From Massalongia carnosa (taxonomy: Eukaryota), in the NCBI GenBank assembly GCA_965645245.1, contig OZ287079.1, positions 744,001-808,000 on the forward strand: DNA of 64,000 nucleotides, given 5' to 3'. Below the pieces are notes generated by a model. The model searched no databases. It was not told where the DNA came from and was given only the letters and a program-made list of their open reading frames with translations. Within the stretch, counting starts at the first letter, position 1; each line of letters opens with the position of its first letter. Below are positions 60,829 through 64,000 of the stretch, piece by piece. Both the position numbers and the translations under genes were made by a program.

Positions 60829-61797
60829 CAAGGTTGGGTGACATTGGTCCGTGCCCCCCCCATAATTTCGAAAAACAGTTCAAAAAAACACAGACATTGT
60901 TGAATGGCGGTTGCGAGTATAGTTGTAATAGCTTGTTAGGCTCACTGCCACATGGACCACGTGGATAGCGGGTTGTTAGTCTAATCTTCTCCCGGAAGGC
61001 TTTAGGTTTAGCGTGCTTTGTTTGCCTTTGGTGAAAAGTCTGCTAGGCTTTTCCTCTTACATAGCTATATAGTCAATGCGATCACCTGCAACCAGAGTCT
61101 CCTTTTAACTATTATGTTGAAATCTGGTGAGCATGAAGGCCATGCACCATCGTTAAACAATGAAATTCTGAATGAATCTTTCTGTTATGATCTACCTAGA
61201 GACAAGTCATAGGGACACTAGAAACGAATACAATAAAGATGAAGAAGGAAAAAGACAATCGACAACCAGAACCTGCCCCTATATATCCTCTACTGCGCTA
61301 GTACCCATGTGGTATAGTCGTCACGGAACCTTCTAGCAGCTGCGGGAACGAAATCGAAAGCGCCTGCGTGTTCCATCTACGATTGCCCTAGGCGGTGCCG
61401 AGTGCCGAGGTCGTGCCGTGTAGAATCGTGACACTTTCAGTTGTGAAAGATTCGCTTTCCAAACCCCAAACCAAGAGCTCGATTTTCATCCTCCTGAAAG
61501 AGAATTTCACCGAACTCTCGGGCATGAAGAGAATACTCGATGCGTTCATAAGAAGAAATATAATTATTTTCCTGATAGTACGGAGAAACAACTGATAATA
61601 GCACCTGTTTTATATAGTCTTCTTTAATCATTCCCCCTCTGGCTCCGAAAAGATTCTGCAAAAACATCAATTCTGATTTATATCCCCATCCCACCATTTC
61701 CCATACTGAAAAAGACGTTCTACCACTCCGAAAATGAGTCTGAATGCAATCAAGACAGTACCGTTCACCTGTCTTGCGAAGAATTTGATCCTTCTTG
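60829..61797 (-). mobile_element. Degenerate Tc1/mariner (DDE_3) transposon, 3' half, interrupted by two LTR insertions
   Basis: SVW..VGW..KS.L, ILFQED and WPSCSPDFN motifs. Putative TIR CAAGGTTGGGTGAC after TA at 60827-60828. Confidence 0.8.
61183..61433. mobile_element. Solo LTR (family C), 251 bp
   Basis: TGTTATGAT...ATCGTGACA with a 5-bp TSD CTTTC at 61178-61182 and 61434-61438. Confidence 0.9.
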
Positions 61798-64000
61798 TGT
61801 TGAAATAGGTGTATGACTATGGCTATATGGCTATGTAATAATAAAGGTATGTATGACCGTGATGTTAAGGATGAAGAGTTGCTAGGCAGCAATCTTTTCC
61901 TATTACTGGTCACCCCCTTCTAAGCGAGGTGATCTTATCTTATCTTGGGACTAAGCCTAATGCGGCATCTACGGTTTCCGTAGATGATCTGTCCATCTAG
62001 GACAGCCGTAGGTGCTATGTTCATCGTACTGATAGGTGTTCATTGTGCTGGTAGGAATTGGATATTCAACACCCCCCCTCAAGTCCTACCAGTACTTGTT
62101 TCCATCGTGGATTCAACCGTGGTTGAACTTCTTTAACTCTCATGTCTGTTTGTCCATGTTGAGCTGTCTGATAAAGGAGAAGAACTTGACGTGCATGAGG
62201 GTTTTTGTCAGTCCATCTGCAATCATGTCTTCGGTCGGAACATAGGTGAGGTCGATTCTTCCTTCTAGCACCTCGTTTCGTATGAAGTAGTGCTGAATGT
62301 CGATATGCTTGGTCCTGGAGTGTAATACGGGGTTATTGGCCAGTGCTATGGCGCTTTGATTGTCGCCTTTCAACGCAATTGTGCCTTCTCCTCTTAACAC
62401 GTTTATTGTCGGGGATCCGTCATCAGAAGTCATCAATCCGAGTTCGGTCATCAGTAAACGTAGCCATGTTGCCTCCTTTGCTGCTAAGGTGAGTGCCATA
62501 TACTCTGCTTCGGTTGATGACAATGTGACGGTTATTTGTCTTTTGGAACACCAGCTTATTGGTCCATTGTTCAGCATGAACACATAACCCCAGTTGGATT
62601 TTCGCTGCTATTTGTCGAAGGTGATGTCTCTATTCTTGGTACCGCTAAGGTATCTGAGAATGTGTTTGGCCGCTTCCATATGTGTTTTGCCTGGATTCTT
62701 TGCATTTCGACTGATTACGGACGTTGCGAAAGCTATGTCTGGCCTGGTTTCTATCATTGCGAACGTGATGGATCCGACCATGCTTTGATATTGCTTTATG
62801 TCCTTGTCGGAGTCCTGAAATTCATTGATGAAGAGACAGCCTTCTCGCATGGGAGTGCTTTATGGTTTTGTTGACTCGATCTCGTTCGACTTTAAGGCCT
62901 AGATAGTAGCTGATTGGTCCCATGTCTACCATCTTGAAAGCTAGCTTGAGCTGTTTCTTGACTTCTGTGATCATCGGGGAACCCTTTGGGCTTATGATGT
63001 TCAAATCGTCAACGAAAGAGGTAACAATGTGTCCTTTTATCCCTTGAGGTGTGACGAAAATGTTATGATCTGCGTGGAGTTTCTCCAATCCTAATTTGCT
63101 CAATAGAAAAGCTGACAGTCGTTCATACCAGGGACGCGGAGACTGTTCAAACCGTACAGGGCTTTGTTCAACCTACACACCATGCCAGCTGTGTCATATC
63201 CTTTCGGCATGTGGACATAGATGAGTTGATAATGAGACCGTTCAGAAAAGCTGTCACTATATCCAGTCGCTCGATGTGCAGATAATGATGAGCAGCTAAC
63301 GCGAGTAGCAAGCGAAAAGCCATTGTTTGGCCATAGATGCAAAGGTTTGATCGAAATCTACTCAGTATTGTTGGAGATATCCTTGAAAACCCATCTGGCT
63401 TTAAAGCGAACGATCTTTTCATTTACGTCCCGTTTCAGCTTGAATACTCATTTGCCACTTAAGACTATATGTTCGGGTTCCATGGACTCGGTAGGTAATG
63501 TATCCCAGGTTTTATTCTCCAGCAGACTTTTGATCTCATCCATTACCCAGACTGACTCCATTCGTTTGCGTATTTGGAGTTCATTGCTCGATGATATGTT
63601 GAGTCGTACGTGGGTAGATCGGTCCTATCCTTGAATGTGGCGTCTTCATGAATTCGTAAGTTCTTGACCCTGATGACCTTGTAGTCTTTTCCATAAAGAC
63701 GCGATAGATGGTGCTTCTGTCATATCCACACAGGATTCCTTTCTGAGCCCTCGGAGAAAATTTAAACAGCCTTGCTGTTTATTCCTTTTCGCTCTTCTTC
63801 GTGAATTAATGCATAGACTGTAGATCCGAGAATTCTCAGGTGATCCAGCTTAGGTGACTTCTTCTCGAAGATCTCATACGGGGTTTTACCTGCTAAGGCG
63901 TTGGTTGGTCTGACGTTCTTGGTGTAACCATGGCTAGAACCACTTCTGCCCACAAGTAGTCTGGAATGTCTCCGGCAATGACACTGCATCTTGTCATGTC
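61798..64000 (-). mobile_element. Degenerate Ty1/copia element (integrase end, RT, RNase H, PPT, 3' LTR 62071-61798), continues beyond the window
   Basis: GKTPYE..LRILGS, LNKALYGL, SFVDDL, TRPDIAFA, SSTEAEY, RTKHIDI, and [20 protein letters not shown] and LTR TGTTGAA..TTCAACA; many frameshifts. Confidence 0.93.

Noticed and set aside
1..64000. tRNA, rRNA or snRNA genes; Starship captain gene
   Set aside because: None were recognised by eye. A tRNAscan-SE/Infernal run would be needed to exclude small RNAs.

Overview
This is a gene-dense window from a filamentous ascomycete (Pezizomycotina), judged from short GT-AG introns with CTAAC/CTGAC branch sites; the exact taxon cannot be determined. 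Positions 1-38 kb hold mostly housekeeping or conserved genes: a DUF4246 protein, a METTL7-like methyltransferase, a Cys-rich secreted protein, METTL16, a GNAT, EMW1, eEF3, PEP7, MET8, a divergent CAX antiporter and HST3, plus a 5'-truncated LINE. Positions 38-64 kb are accessory. They contain a candidate terpenoid cluster made of a BBE-like FAD oxidase, an intact chimeric terpene cyclase-prenyltransferase, a divergently transcribed P450 and a Zn2Cys6 factor. A nest of transposons (inverted solo-LTR pair, copia remnant, Helitron-like remnant) splits the cluster, and a second nest (Tc1/mariner, solo LTR, copia) flanks it. Notable sequence-level observations are a ~21-bp palindromic motif shared by three unrelated TE contexts, a strand-specific 15-bp hairpin in eEF3 intron 1, and a CAX lacking both catalytic Glu motifs. 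All family calls are from manual motif recognition with no database search, and exon boundaries were read by eye.
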